Numbered from the stretch's first letter, positions 40,884 through 51,663 are shown. The stretch is DNA of 64,000 nucleotides from Lachnospiraceae bacterium (GCA_023664345.1 JAMPFQ010000001.1:114482-178481), one strand, 5' to 3'. Program-made: numbers and translations. The notes: generated by a model from the letters alone, not told the origin.

Positions 40884-42089
40884 TCATAAAACACCTTTCA
40901 TAACCGCGGAATACATCTTCCTTTCCGGAATAACGGGTGCTCTCGAAACAGGCCCCGACTCCGGCTGCGTCTTCCAGTCCATTGTCTCCGGAACGTCTCC
41001 CTCTTCCAGGAAATCCTGCCGGACGCAGAATCCCAGCAGCCGCTCCGCTGCGGTTTCCGCATTCCACTCCCGGACGATCGTCCGGACGGCGCTCCTGCCC
41101 AGCCGCTGACAGAGTTCCCTGTCCTGCAGCAACCGCTCTGTCAGCCGGAGCAGGGAATCCTCCGAACCGTCGCGGTATATCATGCCATTCTCCCCATGCC
41201 GTATCAGATAGGGAACCGCTCCCATCATGCTGCTTCCCACTACGGCACAGCCGCTGTTCATGGCTTCATTGACCACCGCTCCCCAGCCCTCCTGACGGTC
41301 GCTGGTGGTCAGATAAATATCAGCCCGTTCCATCATACCGCGTACCTGCTCCGGCGGGCAATAGCCATGGAGCGTCACGACCTCCTGCAGCTTCAGGCTT
41401 TCCACCAGAGCAGACACCTGTTTTTCCATTTCGCCGCCGCCCACCACATCCAGGTGAAAAGAATATCCTTTCTCTTTCAGATACGCGGCCGTCCTTATGG
41501 GCAGTTCAGGGTGCTTCCAGTCCAGGAACCTGGCCGCCCAGAGTATCCTGCCGGGCTGTTTTTTCTCCATCAGCCAGTTTATATCATACTCTCTCTTTTC
41601 CGGAAAATATCCCCATTTCAGCATTTTCCCCGGATAGGCGCCCACCAGATGAAAGTCGCTGGGCACATATGCCCCGGCACAGCACAGATAAACGGGCCGA
41701 TTCCGATAACAGGTGTGATCGTGATACTTCTTTTTCAGCCCTCTGGGGGAGACCGCTTTCCACTGTCCCGTCTTGTACAGGCGCTCACTGTAACGGATCA
41801 CCGGCCTGCCCGCCCGCAGCCTGTCTTCGATATAGCTCTCCTCATCACTGCCTCCGAAAAATACCACCTTGGCATGATCGATCAGCTCCCGGCAGCTTTC
41901 CGGCTCCTCATAATATTTCCTCAGATATGGCACATCCGTCTGCTCCTGCCAGCCCATCCTGACGCGCTCCTGCTCCATGGGCTCCGTCTGGATGAAAACA
42001 AAGCTTCCCGACAGCAGTCCGTACATCGCACCGCAGAATGGAATCTGATGATGATTTAAGTAATTAGAAACAAATACAAACTTGCTCAT
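40884..42089 (-). CDS. GT4-family glycosyltransferase
   Basis: The C-terminal group-1 GT pattern (...TSDRQEGWGAVVNEAMNSGCAVVGS...). Confidence 0.6.
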   Translation of the reverse strand: MSKFVFVSNYLNHHQIPFCGAMYGLLSGSFVFIQTEPMEQERVRMGWQEQTDVPYLRKYYEEPESCRELIDHAKVVFFGGSDEESYIEDRLRAGRPVIRYSERLYKTGQWKAVSPRGLKKKYHDHTCYRNRPVYLCCAGAYVPSDFHLVGAYPGKMLKWGYFPEKREYDINWLMEKKQPGRILWAARFLDWKHPELPIRTAAYLKEKGYSFHLDVVGGGEMEKQVSALVESLKLQEVVTLHGYCPPEQVRGMMERADIYLTTSDRQEGWGAVVNEAMNSGCAVVGSSMMGAVPYLIRHGENGMIYRDGSEDSLLRLTERLLQDRELCQRLGRSAVRTIVREWNAETAAERLLGFCVRQDFLEEGDVPETMDWKTQPESGPVSRAPVIPERKMYSAVMKGVL

Positions 42090-42105
42090 GTTCCCGCCTT
42101 CAAGA

Positions 42106-43479
42106 TTATTTTCTGGCCATCATTTCTGAATATATTTCCATCATTTTTAAATAATTCTGTTGGCGGTCATGTGTTTTTTCTGCATGTTTTCTTGCATTTT
42201 GACAATATCCGCTCATTTTTTCCCTATCGGACCATATCTCGATAACCGCGTCAGCAAGCCGCTCCGAAATCAATTCCAGCTGTCTGCCCCGATCGTACTT
42301 TAGATCATCTATGTTATCAAACTTATTTTCGACACTTCTGAACCCTTCATACAGGATACCGTCCTGCCCCGCAGTGAATATGCTGGGGATCCCACCCACA
42401 TCCGCACTGACACAGGGCATGCCCAGCAGCATTGCCTCCCCCAGGGAATTGGGAGAATTCTCAATGGACGAGGGGCATACGAAAAGGCCGCATCTCAGAT
42501 ATCGATCCCGCATCTGTCGGGCATCCAGCCTCCCTGTAAATATCACTTGTTGTTCTATCTTCTTCTCTTTGATCAGGCTCCGGAGATATCCCCCATAACC
42601 GGATATCTTCAGCCGCTGCTTCCACGTATCGTATCGGGTCAGATCCTGTCCTGCCACATACACTTTCACATCCGGATATCTTTCCCGTATCATGGGCAGG
42701 GCAGTCAGCATATAGTGCAGGCCTTTTACCGGATAATCTCCCTGGCTCAGAAAGATGGCGTGTTCCTCACAGTTTTCCCGGTTCCATTTCTGCCCGTAAA
42801 ATTCCGAGCGCAATGTTTCATTCATTTTATAATATCTGGCGTTATTGTTCCATTCACCCGTATAGAACCGATCCCATTCCGTGCGTCCCGTCACATTTCC
42901 CGCAAGCCCGACAGCTTCCATCTCCATGGCTCCACGGCGGGCAAATTTCTTCTGCTGTTCCCGCAGGCCATCTTTCTTCAGCAGATCCCGCAGTGTCGTC
43001 TTATGGATCGCATCCTCCGGCATATCGGCAAAATAGGCATTGGCATAGACGGCGCACAATCCCTGGATTCCCAGCAGAATCCTGTCCCTGTGGGGAAATA
43101 TCCTGCAAAGGGCAAGGGTATGGGGATATTCCGTGCCGAAGCAATGTACGATATCGGGCCGAAAGTCGCTTATGATCTTTCTCAGGCGTTCCTCCAAGCC
43201 CTCATCATAGAGATCTGGCCGCGCAGTGTCCTCATAGAACCCATAGCAGGTCAGTACGCCCTGTTCTGCGGATATCTTCTCCCTGCGGATCTCGCGTTCT
43301 CCGGCAAACATCGACCTGGGACCGGGAAAAGCGACAGCCAGTTCTATGTCGTTTTCCATACGTTTCTCCAACACCACACTGACCAGGCCGCTGATCCAGC
43401 CCTCCTTGTTCGTCGCTTCCATATGCAGTTGTTCCGCGATCATGGGAATCATGATATTGCAGAGCCATAAGATCCTCAT
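42106..43479 (-). CDS. GT4-family glycosyltransferase
   Basis: MRILWLCNIM... N-terminus; C-terminal ENSPNSLGEAMLLGMPCVSADVGG (EX7E-like). The ORF-track start at 43587 adds an Arg-rich extension and is probably upstream of the true start. Confidence 0.6.
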   Translation of the reverse strand: MRILWLCNIMIPMIAEQLHMEATNKEGWISGLVSVVLEKRMENDIELAVAFPGPRSMFAGEREIRREKISAEQGVLTCYGFYEDTARPDLYDEGLEERLRKIISDFRPDIVHCFGTEYPHTLALCRIFPHRDRILLGIQGLCAVYANAYFADMPEDAIHKTTLRDLLKKDGLREQQKKFARRGAMEMEAVGLAGNVTGRTEWDRFYTGEWNNNARYYKMNETLRSEFYGQKWNRENCEEHAIFLSQGDYPVKGLHYMLTALPMIRERYPDVKVYVAGQDLTRYDTWKQRLKISGYGGYLRSLIKEKKIEQQVIFTGRLDARQMRDRYLRCGLFVCPSSIENSPNSLGEAMLLGMPCVSADVGGIPSIFTAGQDGILYEGFRSVENKFDNIDDLKYDRGRQLELISERLADAVIEIWSDREKMSGYCQNARKHAEKTHDRQQNYLKMMEIYSEMMARK

Positions 43480-43579
43480 GTAAACTTCCTTTCTGTCAGC
43501 CACAGATAAAGCCGCAAACCCCTCCCGCCCATTGGCATTTCCCGGAATCCCGCGCCTTCTGCCCTTTTGCCTGCGAAGA

Positions 43580-44701
43580 TCAGTCAAAGATCCAGTTCAA
43601 GTAAGGAAGCAGGCGCACATCCACAGCATACATCCCTCTCAGCAAAAGCAGAAAATACAGCGCAAACCCTACGATCACGCCCATACAACACAGCTTCTTC
43701 AGCACGCCCTCTCGCATATCCTCCAAAAGCCTGGGGAGCAGGAATACCTGGGATATGATCATGTAATATCCCACCCTGGAAACCTCCGGGATGAACGAAC
43801 CACAGCAATATACCACCAGCCCCGCTATATTGAGGAAGAAATAAAATCGGTTGTTCAGGTCTGACGTCAGGCTCTTTTTATAACAGATCCCGCATAAGAT
43901 CAGCACACAGACACATTTTACAATGTTCACATAGGAAAGCTGTCCCGCGTCAAACATGGAATCCCTGTAATAGGGATAAAAGTAGAAAATGATCTCCTGA
44001 TAAAAACTCTGGCAGAAGATCAGGCTGGCAACAAAAATCCCGCCTGTTATATAATGCCATTTCTTCAGCTTTGCCGCCGCCAGAAACCTTGCCAGCAGAT
44101 ATACCGGTATCACCAGCAGAATGGATTTATGAAACATCGCTCCCGCTAGGATCCACAAGATGAATTTACCGTATTCCCCCCGCAGGACGTATTTCATAGC
44201 GTAGAGCGCTATGGCGAGAGCCAGATAATAACGCACGGTATTTAAACTGTTGAAATAATATCCTCCTGTCAACAGCAGGAAAAGCGAGACGGCGAAATCA
44301 CTTCCCTGATCTTCCAGCGCTCTCACAAAAAAGAAAACCGTCACGATGGAAAAGAATCCGAATACGGGAAGATAATGATCGTAGCCAAAGATCTGCTGTA
44401 TCCATTTTACGATCAGATTGAAGCCCGGCTCATAAGATACATATCTCCCCTGAGCGATCAGCTTGAAATTATCCCTGTAGACCCAGTAATCATTTCCCAC
44501 CGCGATGCGGCACGCGGACACTCCCGCCATCAGGCAGAACACCGCAAACACGGCGATATGGTTCCTCGCCTGTCTGCGATCCGTCCCGGCATTACGCCGA
44601 CCGCTGATATAGCCGGGCACATATCGCCGATTATCCACACAAAGCCCCAGCAGGACCGTCACCGCAGTCAGCAGGACATAGACAAGTGCGCTAGGTTCCA
44701 T
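43580..44701 (-). CDS. EpsG-family polysaccharide polymerase (Wzy-type membrane protein)
   Basis: 373 aa with about 10 TM segments, and a composition and length typical of EpsG. Confidence 0.5.
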   Translation of the reverse strand: MEPSALVYVLLTAVTVLLGLCVDNRRYVPGYISGRRNAGTDRRQARNHIAVFAVFCLMAGVSACRIAVGNDYWVYRDNFKLIAQGRYVSYEPGFNLIVKWIQQIFGYDHYLPVFGFFSIVTVFFFVRALEDQGSDFAVSLFLLLTGGYYFNSLNTVRYYLALAIALYAMKYVLRGEYGKFILWILAGAMFHKSILLVIPVYLLARFLAAAKLKKWHYITGGIFVASLIFCQSFYQEIIFYFYPYYRDSMFDAGQLSYVNIVKCVCVLILCGICYKKSLTSDLNNRFYFFLNIAGLVVYCCGSFIPEVSRVGYYMIISQVFLLPRLLEDMREGVLKKLCCMGVIVGFALYFLLLLRGMYAVDVRLLPYLNWIFD

Positions 44702-45476
44702 TTCTGCCCTCCCGTACTCCCTGTTTCATCCATGCATATGCCTGTTTCAGGCTGATTTCCTTACAGAAGATCCCCTTATGCGCCAGAAGGAACCGCAGGC
44801 TCATGGCTCCTGCCAGCTTTCCATATAAGAAGTGGTACAATACTCCCCTGTCCGTGAAAAACTTCTCATTGTATCCCGCAAACCAGGTGGATTCCCCGGC
44901 CTCTTCCCTGCCTATGGTAACGGGCGCTGTATAGACCCGGTATCCCTTATCCATAAATTCTTTCAGGAACAGACTGTCTTCCCCATTGCTGTACTTTGCG
45001 CCGCCGCCAAAAAGGAGCGAAAAAGTAACACGCGATCTCAAAAGGCTCTCCCGCCGCACCGCGAAGCTGACCGCGCCGTACCTCCCACAGTTATACCAAT
45101 GTACCCTCTTGCGGTCCCGGATATGGTAGGTTCTCCTGGATTCTTCCACATCGATATTGAACAGGATCATATCCGCTTTGGGATTTCGCTCAAACTCGGC
45201 GGCAATGGCTTCCGCGTAACCCGATCCATACACGATATCACCGTCCGCAAACAGGCAGATATCCTGATCCGCTCTCAGGATCGCCTCATTGCGGCTCCGG
45301 CCTACTCCTCGGTCTGGAAAAGAGTAAAAGGATATGGTATGTCCCCTGTGTTCCATCCTCTGCACTCCAAAGCGTTCACACTGGTTGATAATCACGGCAT
45401 CGGACTCCAGCCCCATATGTTCCACCACATTTTCCATGGTTTCATTCATAACAGACGCCAATACCTGAACTTTCAT
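44691..45476 (-). CDS. glycosyltransferase (GT-A-like, DxD-containing)
   Basis: ICLFADGDIVYG (DxD). The likely start is MKVQVL at 45476. Confidence 0.45.
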   Translation of the reverse strand: MKVQVLASVMNETMENVVEHMGLESDAVIINQCERFGVQRMEHRGHTISFYSFPDRGVGRSRNEAILRADQDICLFADGDIVYGSGYAEAIAAEFERNPKADMILFNIDVEESRRTYHIRDRKRVHWYNCGRYGAVSFAVRRESLLRSRVTFSLLFGGGAKYSNGEDSLFLKEFMDKGYRVYTAPVTIGREEAGESTWFAGYNEKFFTDRGVLYHFLYGKLAGAMSLRFLLAHKGIFCKEISLKQAYAWMKQGVREGRNGT

Positions 45477-45478
45477 AT

Positions 45479-46606
45479 TCACACCCCATGCCCGCTTCCG
45501 ACGGGCACAGGCACTTCCCCGCATTCCGCCGCGCGTCTGCCAAAATAATATGCTCTGATCAGCTTCTCATCCGCGTTCCATAAAATAACAGATGCCACTT
45601 TACAATCCTGCTGCCGCAGATATTCCAGACAATATTCCAGCTGTTTTCCGGCGTGCGCTCCCGCCTGTACCGCCAGCAGGATACCGTCCGCCTCCCGCAG
45701 CGCCCTACAGCTTTCCGGACAGAGCAGCGGGGACGGTGCCGCAAACCATTCCTCTGTCTGGAGCGGCTCTCCGCACTTTCCGCGGACGGCAGCAAGTATC
45801 TCCGCCGGATCCGTCTCCGCCTGTACTCCACAGACCGCCACCTTTTTCTTTCCTTTATATAAATAATGAAGATTCTCTGACAATCCGGGACTTTCCAAGG
45901 TACCTGCCACTTTCACGCCATAACGCTTTCTGATGGTAGCGGGAAGCCAGATATTATCGTCTCCCGTTTCTTTCAAAAGCAGGATCACTATGGTAAAGAA
46001 ACAGCTGAGTACCGCACTGAGCGCAAATGCCCGGCCGGGCCGCACGTCCGGCACCACCTCTTCTGCGGTCTCCGGCGCATCTATGACACGAATGTCAGTT
46101 ATCTCTCTGACCGCTCCCGGAAAGTCCTCCGTCATAGCCTGTTCCACCGCTCGGGCAATCAATCGGCTCACCACCCCGCTGCCAGTGATAACGGTGGTCG
46201 AGGGGACGCGCAGATCCGACGCCAGATATGCCGTCAACGATCCCGACACCTGCTCCGCACTGATCTGATCGGGCCAGTCGCTGTCATAAAAACGCGCCTC
46301 TTCTTCTAGATGTGCCATCACCATGTCCAAAAACTCCTGGGAATGAAGGTATGTGTTCCAACTCATCTCATTGATGTAGACGATCCCGATATCCTTTTCT
46401 TCCTCCACCGCATATTCCACGCGATAGGTGGAGGTAATGCCATATTGTTTTTCAGAGCGCATCAGGACATTTTTCACATAATATCCCCCGCCAAACAACA
46501 AAGTCCCCGCCAGTGTGAACACCAGCACTTTATCAAGACTGGCGATCAGGCGGAGTACTGTCAGCCTTAAGTCAAACGGTTCTTTTCCATACTTTCCTTC
46601 CCACAT
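45479..46606 (-). CDS. Wzz/CpsC-like polysaccharide co-polymerase (chain-length determinant), possibly with a degenerate kinase-like C-terminus
   Basis: Two TM helices (LVFTLAGTLLFGGGYYV; LSAVLSCFFTIVILLL) flank a periplasmic-type domain. A GGAGAG RBS precedes the ATG at 46606. Confidence 0.45.
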   Translation of the reverse strand: MWEGKYGKEPFDLRLTVLRLIASLDKVLVFTLAGTLLFGGGYYVKNVLMRSEKQYGITSTYRVEYAVEEEKDIGIVYINEMSWNTYLHSQEFLDMVMAHLEEEARFYDSDWPDQISAEQVSGSLTAYLASDLRVPSTTVITGSGVVSRLIARAVEQAMTEDFPGAVREITDIRVIDAPETAEEVVPDVRPGRAFALSAVLSCFFTIVILLLKETGDDNIWLPATIRKRYGVKVAGTLESPGLSENLHYLYKGKKKVAVCGVQAETDPAEILAAVRGKCGEPLQTEEWFAAPSPLLCPESCRALREADGILLAVQAGAHAGKQLEYCLEYLRQQDCKVASVILWNADEKLIRAYYFGRRAAECGEVPVPVGSGHGV

Positions 46607-48039
46607 TCGCTCTCTCTCCATTCTTTCTCTTCCCGAAGGGCGGTGATCTGCTCGTTCTCCACTCCCTCCGTGCTGTCCGGCCAGAAAAGAACTTTCAGCG
46701 TCAGCAGCATCAGCTTGATATCCATCCACAGGGAATAATTTTCAATATAAGTCAGATCCAGTTTCAGTTTGTCATAAGGAGAAGTATTGTATTTTCCGTA
46801 AACCTGCGCAAAACCGGCAAGTCCCGCCTTGACTTTCATGCGATAGACAAATTCCGGCATCACTTCCAGATACTGTTCTATGATCTCCGGCCGCTCCGGT
46901 CTGGGGCCAATGAAAGACATATCTCCTTTCAGGATGTTGAAAAGCTGAGGAAGCTCGTCTAGCCTGCATTTGCGGATAAATTTCCCGATAGGCGTGATAC
47001 GGTCGTCATTCTTCTGCGCCAGCCTTGCCACGCCGTCCTTTTCCGCGTCTGTCCGCATGCTCCGGAATTTCATGATCTGGAACTGCCTGCGGTTTATGGT
47101 ACAGCGCACCTGCTTGTACAGCACGGGGCCGCCGTCATACAGCTTGATGGCAGCCGCCGTCAGGATCATAAAAGGGGAGGCGATGGTCAGAAGAATCAAA
47201 GCGCACACAATATCGAGCATGCGCTTTATGAACCGCTGTTCCATGGACAGGCTGTATTCCCTTGTCAGCATGATCGGGGTATCAAAGATATGAAGTTCCT
47301 CTGCCCCCATTAAAATAACGTCAGTAATCTTTGGCAGCAGATAGACACGGATTCCTTTGCCATAACAGTATTTCAGCAAAAGATTCCTTTCCTCCACAGA
47401 CATATCGCCTACCACTACCGCATTACACTCTTCATTTTCATAGGCGTCTTCTATCATTTTACAGATCTTCTTATAGCCTTCCCTGATGTGCGCGGTCCTG
47501 GTGATCACGTATTTGTCTTTCCGGCTTTCAAACTTGCTGCAGATGCTTTCCACCGGCCTGTATCCATGAATCAGGAACAGCTTTCTGGGCGGAAAAACAG
47601 ATTTATAGATGCGATTTGCCACGTTGATGTAAATGACCACGATCAGGGTCTGCTCCGTCATCATCATCAAAAATACCTTTGGCACAAACGCCTGGTGCGC
47701 CATGATGGAAAGTTCGAAATAGATGATGATATTGGCGAGTATGGTGGAAAAGACCTGTGAGAAGATCAGTTCCATATTCTTCAGGTATCCGAGGCGCATT
47801 CCTCCGTACATATTGGAGAGGAACAGAAGCACGATGGCATAAAACCCTATTTCCGCAAGATGTCCCATTCTCCAGAAATCCCGCAGCTGTTCTACCACGC
47901 TGTACTGAAAATGGACCAGCCAGTGGTAGGCAAAATCTCCCACCTCCAGAGCCAGGCATATCATTACCAGTACAAGATTGATCAGGCGTTTATATGTTTC
48001 CAGTTTTTTTAACTTTTCTTCGTTGGTAACTGCGCTCAA
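46567..48039 (-). CDS. WbaP/EpsL-type polytopic initiating phosphoglycosyltransferase
   Basis: An N-terminal TM bundle is followed by the C-terminal sugar-transferase domain (KFRSMRTDAE ... FIGPRPERPE ... AGLAGFAQV). It has a GGAGG RBS and a TTG start at 48039. Confidence 0.8.
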   Translation of the reverse strand: MSAVTNEEKLKKLETYKRLINLVLVMICLALEVGDFAYHWLVHFQYSVVEQLRDFWRMGHLAEIGFYAIVLLFLSNMYGGMRLGYLKNMELIFSQVFSTILANIIIYFELSIMAHQAFVPKVFLMMMTEQTLIVVIYINVANRIYKSVFPPRKLFLIHGYRPVESICSKFESRKDKYVITRTAHIREGYKKICKMIEDAYENEECNAVVVGDMSVEERNLLLKYCYGKGIRVYLLPKITDVILMGAEELHIFDTPIMLTREYSLSMEQRFIKRMLDIVCALILLTIASPFMILTAAAIKLYDGGPVLYKQVRCTINRRQFQIMKFRSMRTDAEKDGVARLAQKNDDRITPIGKFIRKCRLDELPQLFNILKGDMSFIGPRPERPEIIEQYLEVMPEFVYRMKVKAGLAGFAQVYGKYNTSPYDKLKLDLTYIENYSLWMDIKLMLLTLKVLFWPDSTEGVENEQITALREEKEWRESECGKESMEKNRLT

Positions 48040-48164
48040 GATCTGTTTCCTCCGATCAGGAACCGTTAAAAGTTATTTTTAACAGTTCCTCATTTCCGGT
48101 GTAGATATACATTTAGTTAGTATACCACATTTTCCCACATTCGTACAGAAAACCTGAAAATTCT

Positions 48165-48360
48165 TTCACAGCTTAAGTAACAGTTCAGCCCTCACATTCA
48201 TAAAAGCGTCTGCTTCGCATCCGTCGCCGCTTTGCGGCTCATCTTTTATTTCATTGTGAGGGCGCTCCGCTCATGGAAAGATTCGCAATCAGTGCTTAGT
48301 GTGCAAGCACCCACGCACAGCTTGTGAATCTTTCCATGGCTGAACTGTTACCAGCTTAAA
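48165..48360. repeat. nested inverted-repeat element / structured leader between the GT-C gene and wbaP
   Basis: IR pairs: 48170-48191 with 48339-48358 (14/14), 48269-48288 with 48322-48339 (16/18), 48193-48208 with 48243-48260, and central palindromes GCCGCTTTGCGGC and GTGCAAGCAC. Confidence 0.5.
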
Positions 48361-50005
48361 AGTTCACGATGATATACTCCTCATATTCCCGAATATATCC
48401 TGTCTCCGGAAATCCAGGCATCTCCTCCGCAAGCTTCTGGGCCTCCTCTATCTTCAACAGATCTGTCTCGATCTCAAAATCGTGACCCAGCATCTCCATG
48501 AAATTCCCCAGCTGTGCGCCCGTGCCGTCAAAGGCGGTAACGCCCCATCTCAGGGCAGAGTTGATGGGTGTCTCGGCAAAACCGTAGCCATACCCGTTTT
48601 CCCCGTTATACTTTTCCACCAGGTGAGGATCCACCATATCGCCGAGCCTGCGGATCCATCCATAATTCACAGATCCATATTCCAGATACGCGTCTTTCAC
48701 GATCCCGTAGGGAACATAATAGGCTCCCCGGAATATGACAGGTTTTTCCGCATCATGATCCCTTTCCAGATCATATGCGATCTGTTCCATCACACTTTTG
48801 GCATCCTGATATTTCATGTGATCCACGTAAAACCACTTGTTCATCTCCGCGCACTGATCCCATAAAAGGATAAAAGCAAACGCCATCCCCACTGCCATGC
48901 AGGCTCCGGGGAGATGCTCCTTCACCAGCCTGAGCAGAAGGAATACCGCAAAGGCTCCGATCAGGGGCACATACTGGGCCGCCCGGTAGTAGGTATCCTT
49001 TCCCTCGATGATCACCATGCATATCGGCAGGACGGGCACTGCCAGAGCCGCCAGCGGCAGGAAAATGTCCTTTTTCCGAATGCCGATGGCCACGCAGACC
49101 GTCAGCAGAATCAGGATTCCCAGCACCAATATGGTAATGGGGCGGTAAGCAAACGCGTTCAGATAATATTTGAGCCATTGCCGCTTGAAAACCATAAGAA
49201 CATCTGTTATGTTCATATCCACAAAGGAAAACACACCTCGATATTCCACCCGGAAATCCTCCGGGATCTCAATATGATAGATTCCCAGGATCAGCTTCAA
49301 TATCAGCCACCGAAACAGTATGGCAGATATCACCGTTGCGGCCAGCAGTCCCACCCATGCCCAGGGGGAGGCACAGTATCTCTGCTCCCTGTTTCCGAAT
49401 CCCCTGATCAGGATGAACAGCAACAGCATCCCCACCGCGAACACGATCATAAAAGATTCATAACAGCCCAGAGCCGCTGTGAGCACAGCGGCTGCGGCCA
49501 CAGTGCCGAGCAGCCTTTTCTTCTTTCCCGCGCCCCGCTCCATGACTTTCAGCAGCAGAAGCAGCGCTATGGCAGTCAGCCCATAGGCCAGGCTGACGCC
49601 GTTATGCAGATAATATACATAGATCTCGCTGATCAGCGGACAGGAGAGAAAAAGAGCCGCAAAGAACGTATAGCACACGATCATATGCTTTTCCCTGGCC
49701 AGGATCCGGGAAAACACCACACACCAGGCCGTCGCCGCAAAGAGCAACAGCAGCACGCCTGCCAGTTCCGTCATCCACGGAGAGAAATCCGAGATATGGA
49801 AAAATTTATTGATCAGATACAATGTCCAGCGTCCTACCGCAGGAGCAAGCCCTTCCTCAAAATAAAGAGGGATGCATGTATCGTCAATGCCTATCGTCTC
49901 ATGGGAAATCTTGAAGCCGTAACTGCATACTGCCGCCAGGGACACCACCACGGCATAAAATCTGTCTGACCAGAAATACCTGATCTCCTCCCAAAATGAT
50001 CTCAT
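48356..50005 (-). CDS. large polytopic membrane protein, GT-C-fold glycosyltransferase-like (GtrC/ArnT/YfhO-type candidate)
   Basis: 549 aa with at least 11 TM segments and a soluble C-terminal domain of about 150 aa. It sits next to a GtrB-like enzyme further on. Confidence 0.4.
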   Translation of the reverse strand: MRSFWEEIRYFWSDRFYAVVVSLAAVCSYGFKISHETIGIDDTCIPLYFEEGLAPAVGRWTLYLINKFFHISDFSPWMTELAGVLLLLFAATAWCVVFSRILAREKHMIVCYTFFAALFLSCPLISEIYVYYLHNGVSLAYGLTAIALLLLLKVMERGAGKKKRLLGTVAAAAVLTAALGCYESFMIVFAVGMLLLFILIRGFGNREQRYCASPWAWVGLLAATVISAILFRWLILKLILGIYHIEIPEDFRVEYRGVFSFVDMNITDVLMVFKRQWLKYYLNAFAYRPITILVLGILILLTVCVAIGIRKKDIFLPLAALAVPVLPICMVIIEGKDTYYRAAQYVPLIGAFAVFLLLRLVKEHLPGACMAVGMAFAFILLWDQCAEMNKWFYVDHMKYQDAKSVMEQIAYDLERDHDAEKPVIFRGAYYVPYGIVKDAYLEYGSVNYGWIRRLGDMVDPHLVEKYNGENGYGYGFAETPINSALRWGVTAFDGTGAQLGNFMEMLGHDFEIETDLLKIEEAQKLAEEMPGFPETGYIREYEEYIIVNF

Positions 50006-50018
50006 TCTTCCGTTTCTC

Positions 50019-50786
50019 CTAAATCCGTCTCTTCACAGCCCTTAACGCCCAAAAACAAAAATGCCATGCGCTGCTTATGACATTCATTCCCTCTGCCTTA
50101 CGGTACAGATTCCAGATCCTGCGTATCGCTTCCAGCTTATTGGAGGACAGGGATCTCCCCGGCCTGCGGTACTTTACCAGATTCTCATCCAGCCCATAGG
50201 CTGTCACTCCGCTGCGGAGCACCCTGAACCACAAGGCTGTATCCTCACTTTTCATGACCGGCATCTCCAGCTGATCTTTCGACAGCCTCTCCAAGTCAAA
50301 CATAACAGTCGTTGTGAAAATAGTGGTATTGCTCAGCGCCTGCCTGTATGTCAGCATCTCCGGCACATGCACCACTTTACCCATGCCCTTCCCGGTCTCG
50401 TCCGCAAACTCATATCCGGTAAATGCAAAAGCCGCGTCCCTTTCCCGCATGAACGCGATCTCTTTCTCCAGCTTTTCCGGCACCCAGAGATCGTCCGCGT
50501 CCAGATAGGCGATGTAACGCCCCCGGGCTTCCGCAAGCCCCCTGTTCCTGGCGTTTGCCGCTCCCATATTGGAGGGCTGCCTGATCAGCCGGATCCGAGA
50601 ATCTCCTGTCCTTTCCATGCATTGATGTATCAGTGCAGCCGTACTGTCCTCACTGCAGTCGTCCACCAGCAGAAGTTCCCAGTCGGGATATGTCTGCGCC
50701 AGCACGCATTCCATTGTCTCCACTATGAACCTCTCCACATTATATACCGGCACGATGATGCTGACCAGACCGTCCATACTACCCAT
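50019..50786 (-). CDS. GT2-family glycosyltransferase
   Basis: VSIIVPVYNVERFIVETMECV...LLLVDDCSEDST...DADD. Confidence 0.7.
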   Translation of the reverse strand: MGSMDGLVSIIVPVYNVERFIVETMECVLAQTYPDWELLLVDDCSEDSTAALIHQCMERTGDSRIRLIRQPSNMGAANARNRGLAEARGRYIAYLDADDLWVPEKLEKEIAFMRERDAAFAFTGYEFADETGKGMGKVVHVPEMLTYRQALSNTTIFTTTVMFDLERLSKDQLEMPVMKSEDTALWFRVLRSGVTAYGLDENLVKYRRPGRSLSSNKLEAIRRIWNLYRKAEGMNVISSAWHFCFWALRAVKRRI

Positions 50787-50796
50787 AGCCCTTTCT

Positions 50797-51663
50797 CTAT
50801 AGTTGAAAGAAATAATATCCCAGACTCTGTTCCGGCCGATCGCCGGTAAAAGTGACCACTTCATTAAATAACATGCGATTCATATCCTCAGGCAGGACCA
50901 GCACGCTTACGCCTGCCCGTCTGGCCGCATCCAGGCACTCTCCGGTGGAAAGATCCTGTTCTTCCATCTTCTCCAGTACCATATCCGTTATGTCGGCATC
51001 GCTTTCCGTGCAGGTCTCCTCCACAAGGCTCATCCATAAATACATCTTTTCGATCTCTTTCAGATAAGTATCATAGGAATATGCTCCCAGCGCTTCCTCC
51101 CACATATTTCTCCCATAGGGCAATAAGATACTGCTGTCCACACGGCGGGCATACTCCATCACTTTTCGGGGCGCCCACATACAGAGATCCCCCTCCGATG
51201 CCCTTATCCTGGCAGCTTCCACGATATTTTCCGTCCGTTCCCGCCACACCCGCTCGCTTTCCCTGTCCACGCCGGCGCCATCCGGCCCCACGCACAGGAA
51301 CACCACTGCCAGGAGCCCTGCCGTCACAGGCAGTCCTTTCCGCCAGGCTTCCCTGCGAAAGCCCTGCCAATGCTCCGCCAGTGCTTTAGTCCCCGCATAA
51401 GCTGTGACGATCGTCACCGGCACGATGCTCCAGATCCACTCATAGTCATAAAATCTGGTCTGATATAACATCAGCGCCGAAGCCGTCACCGGCACGATAC
51501 AGCACAGCGCCGAAGCCGTACCGTATCGCAGGAGCGTCACCTGTTTCTCCTGTCTGTGGCCGATCCAGAGGAACAACAGCGATATCAGGAAAAGAGCCAT
51601 GATCTTTCCGTCACTCGTGATCCTGAACCAGCCCGTCCACGCGTTCCTAATAAACTCTGCCAT
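50797..51663 (-). CDS. hypothetical membrane protein
   Basis: 4-5 TM segments plus a soluble acidic tail. It overlaps the next gene by 17 nt. Confidence 0.35.
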   Translation of the reverse strand: MAEFIRNAWTGWFRITSDGKIMALFLISLLFLWIGHRQEKQVTLLRYGTASALCCIVPVTASALMLYQTRFYDYEWIWSIVPVTIVTAYAGTKALAEHWQGFRREAWRKGLPVTAGLLAVVFLCVGPDGAGVDRESERVWRERTENIVEAARIRASEGDLCMWAPRKVMEYARRVDSSILLPYGRNMWEEALGAYSYDTYLKEIEKMYLWMSLVEETCTESDADITDMVLEKMEEQDLSTGECLDAARRAGVSVLVLPEDMNRMLFNEVVTFTGDRPEQSLGYYFFQL

